A stretch of 62,893 nucleotides of DNA, filler included, from Diploschistes diacapsis (lineage: Eukaryota), in NCBI GenBank assembly GCA_023645945.1. It is 10 parts of 10 records of this genome, joined end to end, with 100 filler letters (N's around TTAATTAATTAA, not from the genome) between each part and the next. Parts side by side here need not be neighbours in the genome. Positions count along the whole stretch, not along the records: positions 23,818 to 25,647 come from JALAIB010002576.1; positions 25,748 to 27,576 come from JALAIB010002577.1; positions 27,677 to 29,505 come from JALAIB010002578.1; positions 29,606 to 31,433 come from JALAIB010002579.1; positions 31,534 to 55,199 come from JALAIB010000258.1; 5 more parts are not named here. One strand, given 5' to 3'. Numbering within the stretch: position 1 is the stretch's first letter; the number at the start of each line of letters is the position of its first letter. Below the pieces are notes generated by a model, which was not told the DNA's origin, did no database searches, and saw nothing but the letters and a program-made list of their open reading frames with translations. The translations under genes were made by a program, and so were the position numbers. This document shows positions 25,003 through 39,229 of this stretch, one piece after another.

Positions 25003-25647
25003 ACGTGTTTGACGGTGAATCCGGCCACCCCCAGAGTCCGGCCACCTTAAATCACTGTTTTCATCTTATATTCGATTTTTCTCAATAATGACGACCTCGC
25101 ATCGCAATAATTCGATTTTAATAAAATTTAATATTAACGATTGTTTATAGGCCCTAAAATTATAATAATATATTAATATTCGAGAAACTATTCGCGTATT
25201 TAAAGTATCTCGATCGACCATTATAAATCGATTTAACGGAGCTCAATCTCGCTTTAATAACCATAAAAACATTTAAAATCTTTTAATTTTAATAAAAAAT
25301 ATTAATACGATGGATTACACGTTTTACATAAACTGGTTTTCCTGCATCGTTTACGTTAATAATAGAAATAGCCGAAGAAATTCGACGCGAAAGAATTCGA
25401 TTCAGTTCGAATCTAAAAGTTATTATCGCGAATCTTTAACTTATCGGCAAAAATTAAGTATCGCGATTTCATAAATGATTTCCTAAAATTACTAATATCT
25501 GGACGAGATAGATCGAGTCGAATAAATTTAATACGATAAGTTACGAGATTATATAACGGTGGTTCGATGTAATAATAACTTAATATAATAAAGGGCAATA
25601 CGCGCCCGAATATATCTATAATATAAACGAGTTAGGTTTTAATATTA
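25003..25647 (+). mobile_element. Fot1/pogo-type DNA transposon left end (TIR + RIP-mutated transposase), inserted at TA within the Gypsy LTR
   Basis: TA|ACGTGTTTGACGGTGAATCCGGCCACCCCCAGAGTCCGGCCACC TIR with internal direct repeats. Decayed HTH (FKVSRSTIINRFNGAQSR) and IYNINELGF, the RIP version of IYNMDExGF. Confidence 0.8.
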
Positions 25648-25804
25648 NNNNNNNNNNNNNNNNNNNNNNNNNNNNNNNNNNNNNNNNNNNNTTAATTAAT
25701 TAANNNNNNNNNNNNNNNNNNNNNNNNNNNNNNNNNNNNNNNNNNNNTCTAGCAGAGATCTAGCCACCGAATAGCCACTTATCTGCCTTATTGTCACACT
25801 GTAG

Positions 25805-25891
25805 TAAAAGCACGGACACGGACACCGCAGCTAAAAAATCTAAAATACTAACACTGACACCGCGGTGTCAGTGTCAGTGACGACCAGCCTA
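25805..25891. mobile_element. hAT-like element terminus (...GTGTCAGTGTCAGTGACGACCAGCCTA)
   Basis: Ends in CCAGCCTA, the reverse complement of the TAGGCTGG terminus at 27124; has CACGGACAC/CACTGACAC subterminal repeats. Confidence 0.55.
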
Positions 25892-25941
25892 ATTTGAGGT
25901 GGCCGGAACCTAGGGGTGGCCGGAACCCCCGTAAAACACGT
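25892..25941. mobile_element. Fot1/pogo-type right TIR followed by TA
   Basis: GAGGTGGCCGGAACCTAGGGGTGGCCGGAACCCCCGTAAAACACGT|TA is the reverse-complement homologue of the TIR at 25003. Confidence 0.8.
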
Positions 25942-25943
25942 TA

Positions 25944-26506
25944 TATAAAATATATATTTACCAATCAATAAATAACCGATAACCTTACTAAGGCAATACT
26001 TAATCAAAAATGGCAGGAATTTATATCCGCAATAAGACTAATGCGAGTTCATTAGTCCTATCAGTCCTATCCACTGATTAACCCATTTTAGTTTATGGGG
26101 GTGTGTCAGAATACTAACCTAAATAGGTTAGTCAGATTGCTTACTAAGCTTCTAGCATGTTTAAATATTCTGGAAGGTTCCAGAATATTCTAGAACATAA
26201 TAGAATATCATCGAAGATTATAGAATATTATCGAATATTCGGCTTACTAATGCATGGAATAATTTGGAAGGATAAGGAACATTCTAGAATAATGATCACT
26301 AATTAAACTAGCGTGAAATGTGCCTATAAAAGGCCTCTCATCCTCCATCGTTCTCAGTTATAACCTTCAACCTCTTCAATATATTATTACTGAACAATAG
26401 TCAGCTACCAGGCTAGGCAGGCTAGGGATTATTTCCTAGTTAAGATTAGCTGCTGAATTCATCTTAGTCATCTGTTATCTATTAGGAACTTCCACCACTT
26501 TCAACA
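25944..26506 (+). mobile_element. Ty1/Copia 3' end: RNase H tail, PPT and LTR (26104-26506)
   Basis: TNQ*ITDNLTKAILNQKWQEFISAIRL matches the Copia 'QxADxLTK' RNase H end. A G-rich PPT is followed by an LTR bounded by TGTCAGAA...TTTCAACA. Confidence 0.75.
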
Positions 26507-26811
26507 CTAAGCTTTACACAAAAACCAACCACATAATCAGAATCCTAAATAATATTTTAAGTATTACAATATAGTTAAACCGCATTATATTAAACTTCTT
26601 ATATAAGTGTTATTCCCATTCACTTCTTCAACCTTTTACGTTTATACGAAAATTTTTTGTCCATAACTTTTTGTTTAACGTTATTGATTTTTCGTCCGTA
26701 ATTTTCGATCGAATATCTTATCTATTAAATACCGAATGCCGTTTATTGGAATGAGGTTTAGCCGCTTAAGATTTAAGCCAGATTATAAGGCCTAAAGTGA
26801 AGAATTTTCGG

Positions 26812-26898
26812 GGTAACACTAATGGATATTGAACCCATGACCTTTCGATGAAAATCGAGGTCTTCCAGCAGTCATGTTCATTGTTCGACTATGCTGCC
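26812..26898 (-). pseudogene. Degenerate tRNA-like sequence (possible tRNA-derived SINE head)
   Basis: Minus strand GGCAGCATAGTCGAAC...CTCGATTTTCATCGAAAGGTCATGGGTTCAATATCCAT...TGTTACC shows A-box-like and B-box-like motifs, a T-arm, a TTC anticodon-like loop and an acceptor stem with transition mismatches. Confidence 0.4.
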
Positions 26899-27123
26899 AT
26901 GTTTATCATATAATCATGATTATACAAAAAAATATTTATAAATTTCGCGGGTTCCGTGGATTTTATTAATCCCACCACGTTTCGTTAATAAATTTAACAA
27001 AAGTTAGAAATTCCTAATAAGTCCCTTAAACATTATTTATTGCAGGTTTCGCCGGTTCTGCGCTCTATAGAACTTTTCGCCTGCTTTGGCGGGATTTTTT
27101 TTCGTGATATTAAAAGTTTAAAA

Positions 27124-27576
27124 TAGGCTGGCCGTTTCGTGCCACGGACACTTCCACGGACACTACCGAGAAATTTTTTAAAACACGATACTGCCACGGA
27201 CACTACGGCTAAAAATTTAAAACACGGACACTTCCACGGACACTATACTATAATAAAAGCACGGACACGGACATTACGGCTAAAATTTTTAAAACACGGA
27301 TATTTTTACGGACATTATCGCCAAAATTTTTAAAACACGACACTACCACGGATATTATATTATAATAAATCTATTAAAACATTACCGTGAATCTACCGAA
27401 ACATCGCGATAAAAAAATAAAAACATAAAAAATAGACGTAATAATTCTAAAACTATTACAAAATAAATATTATTTAAAAACATTTCGGTGAATGCACGAA
27501 CACGGCAGTAAATTTATTAACACGAATATTATACTTAAAAATTTTAAAATACGGACCCTTCCACGAACATTATATT
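27124..27576. mobile_element. hAT-like element terminus with dense CACGGACAC subterminal repeats
   Basis: Starts TAGGCTGGCCGT, followed by many CACGGACAC(T) copies that are increasingly RIP-eroded inward. Confidence 0.6.
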
Positions 27577-27676
27577 NNNNNNNNNNNNNNNNNNNNNNNN
27601 NNNNNNNNNNNNNNNNNNNNTTAATTAATTAANNNNNNNNNNNNNNNNNNNNNNNNNNNNNNNNNNNNNNNNNNNN

Positions 27677-29006
27677 ACCGGTATCGGTACGTGAAAATAA
27701 TTATTTATTACGTATAAAAATTTTATATTTAGATTCTCGTCGCTATCCGGATTTTATAATATGCATAAAAGCGTACCGTATTTTTTTAAAACGGCAATTT
27801 AAGTTATCGGGTTTGAAATAAGCTCGAACGCTTTAATAAAGAAAAGAAGATAAACGGATCCTTTAATTATAGAAGAATAAATAAAGATTTTCCGGTTTAA
27901 AATTAAGGATATTTATTTCCGAGAATGGATCGAGAAGGTAACCTTAACGCTAAAATAGCATTTCCTTACTATTAAATCAGCCGAATAGGAGCTATATAAT
28001 CCTATTAGAAAGAGCTTCTTTGGAACACTGACAAGGGAAGGGATAGACTATTAGGAAGTGGGGAGGTTTGCGCCTCCTCCGGACGAGGAGGAGAAAGGGG
28101 ACGAGGAAGAGGAGGAGGAGGAGGGAGAAGAAGAAGAGGAGGAGGAGGAAGAGGAAGAGAGCGGGGATAAATAGATGGTATATTAAAAAGAAAGGATATC
28201 ACAAGACCCTAGGGGCCTATAATTATAATAAGATAGAATCTATTTATTTATATGGCTGTTCGGTTATTTATTGGTTTCGTAATAAGCTTATTTTCCTATT
28301 TGTTTACTTAATGTTTTTTTGTTTACGATTTTTTATGTGATCGACTTTCTTATTTAGTGTTTTCTTATTTATTTATTATTCATATATCGATCTGCTTATT
28401 TACTGTTATCCGCTCGAGAAAGGTAACGAAAGAAGAAATAGAAAAAAAAAAGAAAAGGACGTGTTATTAATTATACCTGTCGGGCGGAGTATTTACGGAT
28501 AATATAAATACGATCGGAGATAAAGATGTTTTTAAATAAATACCGCTTTTCAGTTTAGCTGTATTTAGGAGAGTAAAATATAGAAAGATAGGTTTAAAAG
28601 CACGGCTACGTCGAGGAAGGAATATTAAGGATAATAAATTTTTGAGTATTTTAATTACCGGAGAGGTACAGGACTATATTAGGATATAAAGATAACGGGA
28701 TGAAGATTTTTTGTTAATAAGACTTATATAAAATTCGCTATAGGATAGCGAATTATTAAAAAAGGGGTCGTATATAAATATAAAAGTAGGCCGCAAACTT
28801 AATAGGGGTGGTCCCTATAAAGCAGTTCCATTTAAGGAGGCCTGCTAGGTAGCTCTAAATAAGCAATACATCCTACACTTCACAAATATCCTACCTAGGT
28901 ATGCTGTTGACTACGAAATCACACTACATTCCCCTACTACACCACCTACGACTATCTACCTACTACAGCAAGGGAAGTCTCCCTAGACAGCGCGCCTTGT
29001 GTTTAT
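27677..29006 (+). mobile_element. RIP-mutated dispersed repeat, copy 1, with conserved LINE-like 3' terminus
   Basis: Colinear with 57226-58574, differing mostly by transitions; both end in the identical ACCTACTACAGCAAGGGAAGTCTCCCTAGACAGCGCGCCTTGTGTTTATA. Confidence 0.8.
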
Positions 29007-30035
29007 AATAATAGCGCCGTCGGAATATATAAGTTAAGAATTTTAAGAATTATAAGCATTTTTAAGGCAATTTAGCAAGTAAACGGGATTTTAGAATCTA
29101 AGGTTAAAAAAGAAGCTATAATAATAGAATAAGCGACTTTAATTAGTAGAAAGTTAAAGGCAGAGGTTATTAACTTTAAGGCTACTGATTTGGATGTATT
29201 AAATTATTCGATTATATTTATTAACTTAAATAAGTCGTTTAGGTAATTCATGATCACGACGTTTGAAACGTTAACTTCATCGGAAGTGAGAGGTATTCCC
29301 ATTAGGAGAGAAGATAGTGATAAAGTGGGATAGGAAGAACTAAGAGTGCAAGAGTAGAGCACCTTAGGGTCCTTTAATGACTAAAATGTTTTTAATAAAG
29401 AATCGTTTTCTACTATATAGTCACCGAAGTCTCCTATAATAACTACAGTATTGAAAAACAGAACATTCATTATCTCGAATAAGGAACAGAATTGTAACTA
29501 TAGGCNNNNNNNNNNNNNNNNNNNNNNNNNNNNNNNNNNNNNNNNNNNNTTAATTAATTAANNNNNNNNNNNNNNNNNNNNNNNNNNNNNNNNNNNNNNN
29601 NNNNNGGATGGGGGGCCGGGATGCGACGAGAGGGGGAGAGGCGGAGAGGAGGGACTGTACCGAGCCACACGGTTTGCTGAAGCGCTGTTCGGCCCTCGTC
29701 ATGGCCAGACTCCCATTCGTTTCGGCGGAACGAGGCCCGTCAAAGTCCAGCTTCCTCCTGGCTTCTTTCGCCCACAGCAAGCGGCGTCTTTGTGAGGCCT
29801 GGCGTGCGACCGCCAAAAGGGGCCTCCTCCCCCGGGCCCCCTCTGTCGGACTAGGCGTCACGTTGACGGAATCGGCAAAGTTGAGATCCTGGCCTCGTGT
29901 GCTGAAGCCGCCCATCACGTTGTAGCCCAGCGCCTGGTGTATTCGTCGTTAACGACGGCTTATCCCGCCCCTACCCCAACGCCCCTTCAGGAATGAAGGA
30001 TGTGTATATAACAGTCGGCTGAAACGAGTCTCTCG

Positions 30036-30200
30036 GACCGATACCGATGCGGTGGATGTAGTTCTCCCTGGAATCTGAGAGATCATGGTTGAGGACCAGG
30101 GACACCCGATACCGCGCGCAAGAAGATCGGTAGCGATGAGAGCACGGGAGAGGCGCGAATGGGAGATTCTTCAAGACCATCTCACGCTGGGCTTGGGATA
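30036..30200 (-). pseudogene. eIF4A (DEAD-box helicase motif V-VI) gene fragment
   Basis: [22 protein letters not shown] / [21 protein letters not shown] versus eIF4A [38 protein letters not shown]; DVQQ is deleted with a frameshift. Confidence 0.8.
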
Positions 30201-31533
30201 TGTTTTGATTTCTTTCTCGTGCATATTGGTGCTAGTTTTCGGCTGGGAAGCCGCGCTTCTGTTGGTCGGGCAAGAGCTCTGGCGAAGCCAGGGAAATCAA
30301 TATTTGGGAAGACGGGATGTGCTCGTCGGATCTGGGCGCCTTAACGAAGAGAAGAGGAAATCCACATCCCAGAATGAAACTTCAAACAGCGGGAACTGTC
30401 AATTTAAAGATGAAGACGAGTTACAAAAGTACCCTCCAAAAAAGTCTTCTAAAACGAAGCAGTGCATGATTCACGTCTCGATCCAGCTGAATCTAGACAA
30501 CCATAATCTACGGAGCGAGGGGCTGTCGCCGACTAATCGACGAAGCGCAATGCAACGGGGGCTGGGTGGACGCCGACTAATCGACTAATCGCTAGAAGAA
30601 TTTGTCCGCATGAGAGGGCCGGAAGACAGCGGAAGTAGACGGGGACTGTCCTCAGAAAAATAGCATCTTGGCCTAGAATACGGGGAACCATGCACGATGC
30701 ATGACTTGCAGCATCGATACCATCAACCATCAACCCCCAAAAAAAAACCCTCCTACCCGCACTGATCTCATCTCACAACTCACAAAAGACATCTCGAAAA
30801 CCAAGCAAAAAAAAAAGGTGCGAGCGAGTGACGGCAGATGGACCGTGCGAGGGCATGAGGACAGCAGACATCGAAGATGGCAGGATGGGCAGACAGAGGA
30901 TACGAAAAAGAAGAAAAGGCTCCAGAGAAACTCCGATGAAATGAGCGAGAGGTGGAGGGATTGCTAGCAGTAGTGGGAGTATGAAAGGGGGTGATTCCAC
31001 GCTATCAACGCCATTAGCCATTGACGCTGTACAAAGTCAAACTAGAACGTAACAGCAACAGCATCCGCGACCGATAGCAGGACCACAAAGGCAGGCCATG
31101 CGGCCGTACTCCCCTAAGAATAGGATAGGGCGTGTGAGATGACGAGCAGAGCTTGTGCTTCTGGCTCGGCTCTGCTGGGAAACTGATTGGAAGGCGGAAC
31201 AACGACGCGGCTGGCATGCATAGCACCGGCGTAGCAAGTCTCAACACTTCTAGCAAATACAGTAGGTATAGGTAGTACCGTATGTACCTGGCAATAGATC
31301 GCCATAAGTATCGCTACCACCATCACGTACCTTGCTCTTCCAACCACCCAGATACCGATGGCGAAAATCCGCATGCTCTCGGTGACCCACAATGGAGCCT
31401 TGATAGATCACTTTCTAGCTTATAGTAACACCCNNNNNNNNNNNNNNNNNNNNNNNNNNNNNNNNNNNNNNNNNNNNTTAATTAATTAANNNNNNNNNNN
31501 NNNNNNNNNNNNNNNNNNNNNNNNNNNNNNNNN

Positions 31534-32386
31534 TCTTTAATTCGTTAATAAATCTCTTCTGCTTATTTTTATAACTATAAATCCATCACGTTCTCGATAA
31601 CGTTGTCTTAATTAACTTATTCTTTTATCGGGTCTTTAAACGAAGATATTCGTCGCTTGGGTTCGTCGCGGAAGTACTTCTAGAATCCTTTTTATATTGA
31701 TTCTTCGTTAATATTGAATCCTTCGAAGGTCTCTGGCGTTGATGACTATTATAACGCGGAATATTTTACGGATTATTTCTTAATTAACGATTTATTTATT
31801 GAATCGTATTTTTTAACCGATGGTATTTCGATTAATTCTTTAAAAGGCGGAAATATTATCGATTTTCTTCTTTTTTTTTAATACTTTTTACCAGCGAGGG
31901 CCATTGTTTACAATAAATCGGCGGGTAGTATTTTCGAGTTCCGGTTATCGTGGATTTACTCGAATACTTAATGTTCGATTAACGTTTTAAATTCTCGTCA
32001 CGAGTGCGAAAATAAAGTAAGCTTTTCGAATGTAAAACGCTAGCGTAGGAAAGAATACTTCTCCATCGGGGGCTAAATCTAATCCGGAAGGATTAAGTGT
32101 AGTTTAGGTATCTATAGGTAAAAGATCTCGATTCGAAAAGCTGAAAAAAAAATTATTTAGGTGGGAAGAAGGCACCGTTAAGTAGTGTAGATGCCAGACC
32201 TACCGGGGTTCGGGGATTACCCATCTATACAGCCACCTCCTGACCCTGCCGTGTCTTGGCAAGCACCTGGGCATTAACCCTGCCGTGGCTTGGCAAGCAC
32301 CTGGGCATCAACCCTGCCGTGGCTTAGCAAGCCCCTGGGCACTAACCCTGCCGTGGCTTGGCAGGCCCCTGGGCTGGGCTGTCTCA
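31534..32386 (-). mobile_element. Gypsy LTR (31996-32386) with adjacent RIP-mutated internal sequence; same family as 24751-25000
   Basis: The reverse complement begins TGAGACAG and aligns with the LTR at 24751; four 34-bp units ACCCTGCCGTGGCTTGGCAAGCACCTGGGCA. Confidence 0.8.
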
Positions 32387-32791
32387 ATAACCGTCTTAAT
32401 ATATCGGATAATATTTATTTATTTAAATAATTGTTATTTTGCGCTACCGTTATTCTAATTTAAATAAAAAAACGTATCGTAATATTCTTTCAATTAAATC
32501 AATTTTAGTTTTAATTTATGAACATCTCTTTTAAATTCTTCCGTTTAGTATAATTTAGTAAATTAATTGGTTTAAATATTTTTAAAAATGTTATAAATTA
32601 CGACAGTAGTTTTAATATTACGAACGATAATAATTATAAATACGAAGCAATAAATCCCGGGTGAAAATATATCTCTATTAACTAAAACTATTATAAAGGG
32701 GAAAAAAATCGAATTACAGCTACCGTTTAAACTAAATACCATAATAATTAAAAAGCGTTAATCCTATTAATAACTCGATTAATCTTAACAT

Positions 32792-32890
32792 ATCAACGAC
32801 GCGTGAATAACATGTCAACAACGTATAAATAAAATATCAACGATGTGTCAATAACATGTCAACGACGCGTGAATAGTATATTAACGACGC
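32792..32890 (+). repeat. Degenerate 22-bp tandem repeat (~4.5 units, TCAACGACGCGTGAATAACATG)
   Basis: Read directly; lies in AT-rich RIP-like DNA. Confidence 0.75.
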
Positions 32891-33313
32891 TTCCAGATCG
32901 TTACACTTATGATATCTATTTTATATTTAAAAATTAATTTCTATAGTTATATTGCTTGACATTCACTAATCGGCTGCTTACGCTAAGAATGCCAAGCTAA
33001 TTCTATTAACTTTTGTAACGTACTGTAGCTACAGCTATTTCTTTAATACTCGGGTCATACTTTCTTTCTTCTGAAAGTGTTCAGACAACAATCGAGCTAC
33101 ACTCACCCTAACCCCGTGCTAACTCCGCTGGCTGGGGTTCTGCATCTCGGAGAGAGCGTTCTACCTATACACATGAGCCTGCCTTAATAACAGTAGTAAC
33201 ATGTGGTAGGGGCTTTATCGCCATCATCCATAACCAGCAGTACTCTCGTGCTGTTCTATGGTTTCTATTGTTCTGTTGAGTGCCTTTCGTTTCGTCTCTC
33301 TTCAATAGATAAC

Positions 33314-35216
33314 ATGGGCGAAAACATTGGACAAGGAATACTGGCTTCGCCCTTGTTCTGGGCCACTGCATCTCTGGTTGGGTTTGTCTCCATTTTCAAA
33401 CTTTCAAGGCCCAAATTAGCTTCCCTTGACCAAACCAGTACTGAAAAATGTTGATGAGATGGACTATCGTAAAGTGATTATGGAAAGATACAGAGATGTA
33501 TGGTCTTAGCACTAGTCGTTTACGAAGCAGTCGTGCCTAATAGCAGAGCCACTCACAGAACCCGGGCCAGGTGTATCATGTCGGTATATCGAGCCTCACT
33601 TTGATATCGTAGTAAGATCACTGTTAACAATGCCCAAGCCGATCTTGGTACGACTGTGCTGCCGCCAAAGTTCATACCCGAGATATGTCGCTTGCCGGAA
33701 AAGCAAATGTCATTCGATCAAGAAGTCTACCGAAGGTTCTTGGGGCAATACACCCAACTAGCAAAGAACGTCCCGATCCGGAACCTCGCGCATCTCGTAC
33801 GGGCAGAGGTAGCTCGACATACGGTTCGACGTGATTGACATAGTCTGTGACGAGGTTGAAGTGGCCCTTGCCGACAGGATCCGCTCGCCCGAGGATTGGA
33901 CGTCGCTCCCATTGCCAACGACTTTAAAGTTCATCGTGGCCCAGATTACGGCAAGGGTGTTTGTTGGTGCTCCTCATTGCAGGTACACTGAGTGGGTAGG
34001 GCGACTATTTTTCACAGCTTTATGAAACTTTCCAAAGGCGCCAGTTGACCTGCTTGTAGCTTGATCTCTTTATCAATCACATCAATTCGGTTCGAGACGG
34101 AGCAGCAGCCATTCGAAGATACCCAACATGGATATGGCCACCGGTAGCCCCTTTGACCAAAGAAATTCGCGAAGTGGATAATGCTCGCTGGCGAATGAAG
34201 GAGTTCATGGCTCCTATAATAAAGGAAAGACGGGAGCAGATGGCTGTTAATCCCAACCATGATGTTCCATCCGATATGCTTTCTCGGACGATCAAGGAGA
34301 CTCAAGGCGAGGCTCTAGACCCTGAAATTCAGGTCGAGTATCAAGTAGGCATAGGTAAGCCAGACATTGGCGTTTCAAAGGGATTATTCACATGTCTGTA
34401 CTAATACTCGTATTCAGCCTTCGCAGCAATAGGCGCAACATCCGTTTCGCAATCCTTTCTCATGCATCCACCAAAAACTAATCATGATCAAGAACTACCC
34501 TTCTGGTCAACACCTTTTACGACCTCTGCGCACACCCAAGATCCATCCCTATTCTCCGAGAGGAATGGACGCAGATGCTTGCCTCCACACAAGACACTAT
34601 CTCCAAGCAGAGCCTCATGCATCTCCACAAGCTTGACTCGTTCCTCCGTGAGTCCCAGCGCCTGCACCCCAACCATGTGCTTGTCATGTCCCGCTACGTC
34701 GGAGTGGACACCACTCTTTCCGACGGGACAGTGCTTCCCAAGGGTATCTCAGTGGCCATGCCAGTATACGCGATCAACCGCGATCCGACCATTTTTGAGG
34801 ACCCGGATAGATTCGACCCCGAGCGCTTCGAGAGGCTGAGGAAGCAAGAGGATGCGGAGGGTTCGGGTGCGGGTTGGGACTCCGGTAGTGGGACAAGATG
34901 GAGCCTGACGCATACGGATCCGGTGGAGAACGTGAATTTTGGTTACGGAAAGCATGTGTGTCCCGGGCGTTTTTTGGCCGCGAGCGAGGTAGGCGTCACA
35001 TTCTTCATCCCTTTACAGCCTTTGTTTATGACGGCGTGTTTCTGACTTGAATGGGTATAGGTTAAGATTCTCATTGGGCGTATTTTGATGGAATACGACA
35101 TCCGCTTTAAGCACGAAGAGGCTGGGAGACCGGAGCCTGTCGCGGTGGGTGCTGCATTAGTGCCGGATCCCACGGCGGAGGTCATGCTTCGGAAGAGGAA
35201 GGCAGGGGCGGCGTAG
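33314..35216 (+). pseudogene. Cytochrome P450 (ent-kaurene-oxidase-like secondary-metabolism type) with two apparent +1 frameshifts
   Basis: N-terminal anchor, ARVFVGAPHCR, I-helix AFAAIGATS, KLDSFLRESQR (ExxR), FDPERF and heme motif FGYGKHVCPGRFLA; stop at 35214-35216. The frame breaks near 33415-33450 and 33820-33835 with no intron that explains it. Confidence 0.85.
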
Positions 35217-36220
35217 TGGACAGATAGCATGAGGAAACGGGGAACTACGGATTATTATAGGAGCGTATTGCCCTGAAGATGATCCCAAGTGCAAACTCAT
35301 CCATTGGTGCATTGTGTATATGAACCTTTCATGATAGCCAACAGCTCCAGTACCAGGTGTGAAAGTAGCTCATACGGAACATGGGAACGTCGGAGTCTTG
35401 GATGTCCCAAACAGAATCGCGGAGTTATTTCGGACATAAAGTAGGTAGTACTGAGTTGTGTATTTTCCAGTGTTCATTTGTTAGCGTAGGATGGTAGTCA
35501 GGGATCAAGTTCATCGTCGAGCTACCTTGACCATGAGCAAAAACCAATGATAACACGCCATAGCATGTGTATGCTAGCAGTTGAATATGCAGTCACAAAC
35601 CACAAGGTCTTGTTCCCCTCGGTTAAGCCCTATCAGGCCTAACGCCTATCCTGCTAAAGGCAGCCCAGGTTGTTAAGTCTTCAAGCTCGACGTTGCTATA
35701 CTCCCAATACCGGACCGGTTTCTTACATTTGCATCACTCGAAAAGAAGTGAGAATTTGAGGCTGAGCAGCCTGCTTTGGACGTTCAAGCAAAGGATTTCG
35801 GACAGCGCCCGCGCATGCCAGGGACGAACATGCTTGAAACTATCTCTTCTGTCCTGTACGGACCTGAGGATGAGTCAATGATTACCCCGCTGCAAAGCTG
35901 TCTGCATAAGCTTGCATGCATAGTTTGAGCGCACCTTGGTCTTCACGAGCTTGGAGACTTGGCCATTGGCTCGTTGTCGTCAACATCGAAACTAGACACC
36001 CCAACTAGGTAGGCTCTTGCTTTCTCTTGCATATACGCTTACGTCTGCTGCCTGTCCTTGTGCCTCATTCCCTACGTCAATACGAAAAACGGCGACGAAG
36101 GATCTTGAGAGCTTAATTATCTGCCGTTAGACCTGCAGCCCTCCAGCTCTTCTTTAAGAGCACTATTCCTAGTCTTCATCATGCCTGTCTCGCGCGTTGG
36201 TTTCCTCTCTTTCCTCCCCA

Positions 36221-38331
<2,111 letters not shown>

Positions 38332-39229
38332 GGTGTGTGTGCTGATGGTGGTGATGTTGATGTTGACGTTGACGGTGGTGGTCGTGGACGGTGCAGGGGA
38401 ATGCGTTGGGTCGTTGGATACGTGCGGCATTGGGGTTGGAGGTGGATTGGATCATATTTGGATTTGGAAGTATGGCTGTACATAAGTGAAATAGTCCGGA
38501 AAAGTACTTTAGTGTCCGTTACGCGTGGGCATATATGTATGGCTGGCTGTCGTACACCTACAGTAAGTCGCCCCGCGGAAATGCCCACGAGTTACATGCA
38601 TGTGAGATTTCTTTTGCAACGCACGTGGGGGGGTGCTAAACCCGAAACAATTAAAAACCTCATAACTTGTAAGTCATTCAAGCCGGTAAGAGAGTTTTAT
38701 TCTTTTTTCCGTATCGTAGAGTTGTTAGGAAGTTCTTTCTGGCGGTGACTGGGAGCGCCCCGCCGCTTTGCTCACCCTCCCGCTCACCCTGCGCTGCCTG
38801 CGTTTTCTAGTCGGCCCTCCCCTGTGTTCTTTTTGCCGCATTCATCTGTCAACTTTAGACCATGGGGACCCCGTTCCTGGATCCCTGGCGTTCTGATTGG
38901 GGCTCTCCTCGAGATGTGCTTGTTGGTCACTATGCTGGCCTTCTTTCTTTCCTTTCCCCTGTTTTCGACCGGAGGTTGTGGCGGAACGTTCGTGTCCTTG
39001 TTCCTGGTCTGGCCATAAATGCCTGTTCCTTTGTCCTATTATTGCTATTATTCTTCCTTGCAGTCCTCTCAAATGTCTCTCTTTCCTCCCATCGGTTTGG
39101 GGCCCCTCTTCGATTTCCCCGCCTTCTCTCTGCTTTAGCTGCTCGTCTCTGCTCTTTCCCCGTGGGAACCTCCGCGACTCTTTTATTTCCCCTCTGTCTT
39201 GCCTTCGTTATCTCCGTCCCTGAGAACCG

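Noticed and set aside
25003..25941. Treating the two Fot1 TIRs as one element spanning the gap
   Set aside because: They lie on different concatenated contigs and have non-matching flanks (Gypsy LTR on the left, Copia RNase H on the right).
28005..28340. Poly-Pro / poly-Arg ORFs
   Set aside because: GA-rich low-complexity tract inside a RIP-mutated repeat.
29608..29925. GC-rich ORFs at the start of contig 5
   Set aside because: Truncated by the spacer and lacking any identifiable motif.
32243..32890. 34-bp and 22-bp arrays as CRISPR
   Set aside because: Head-to-tail tandem units with no unique spacers, no cas genes, and a eukaryotic LTR context.
33103..33125. CCCTAACCCC as a telomere or telomerase-RNA template
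   Set aside because: Single short match with no array and no supporting structure.
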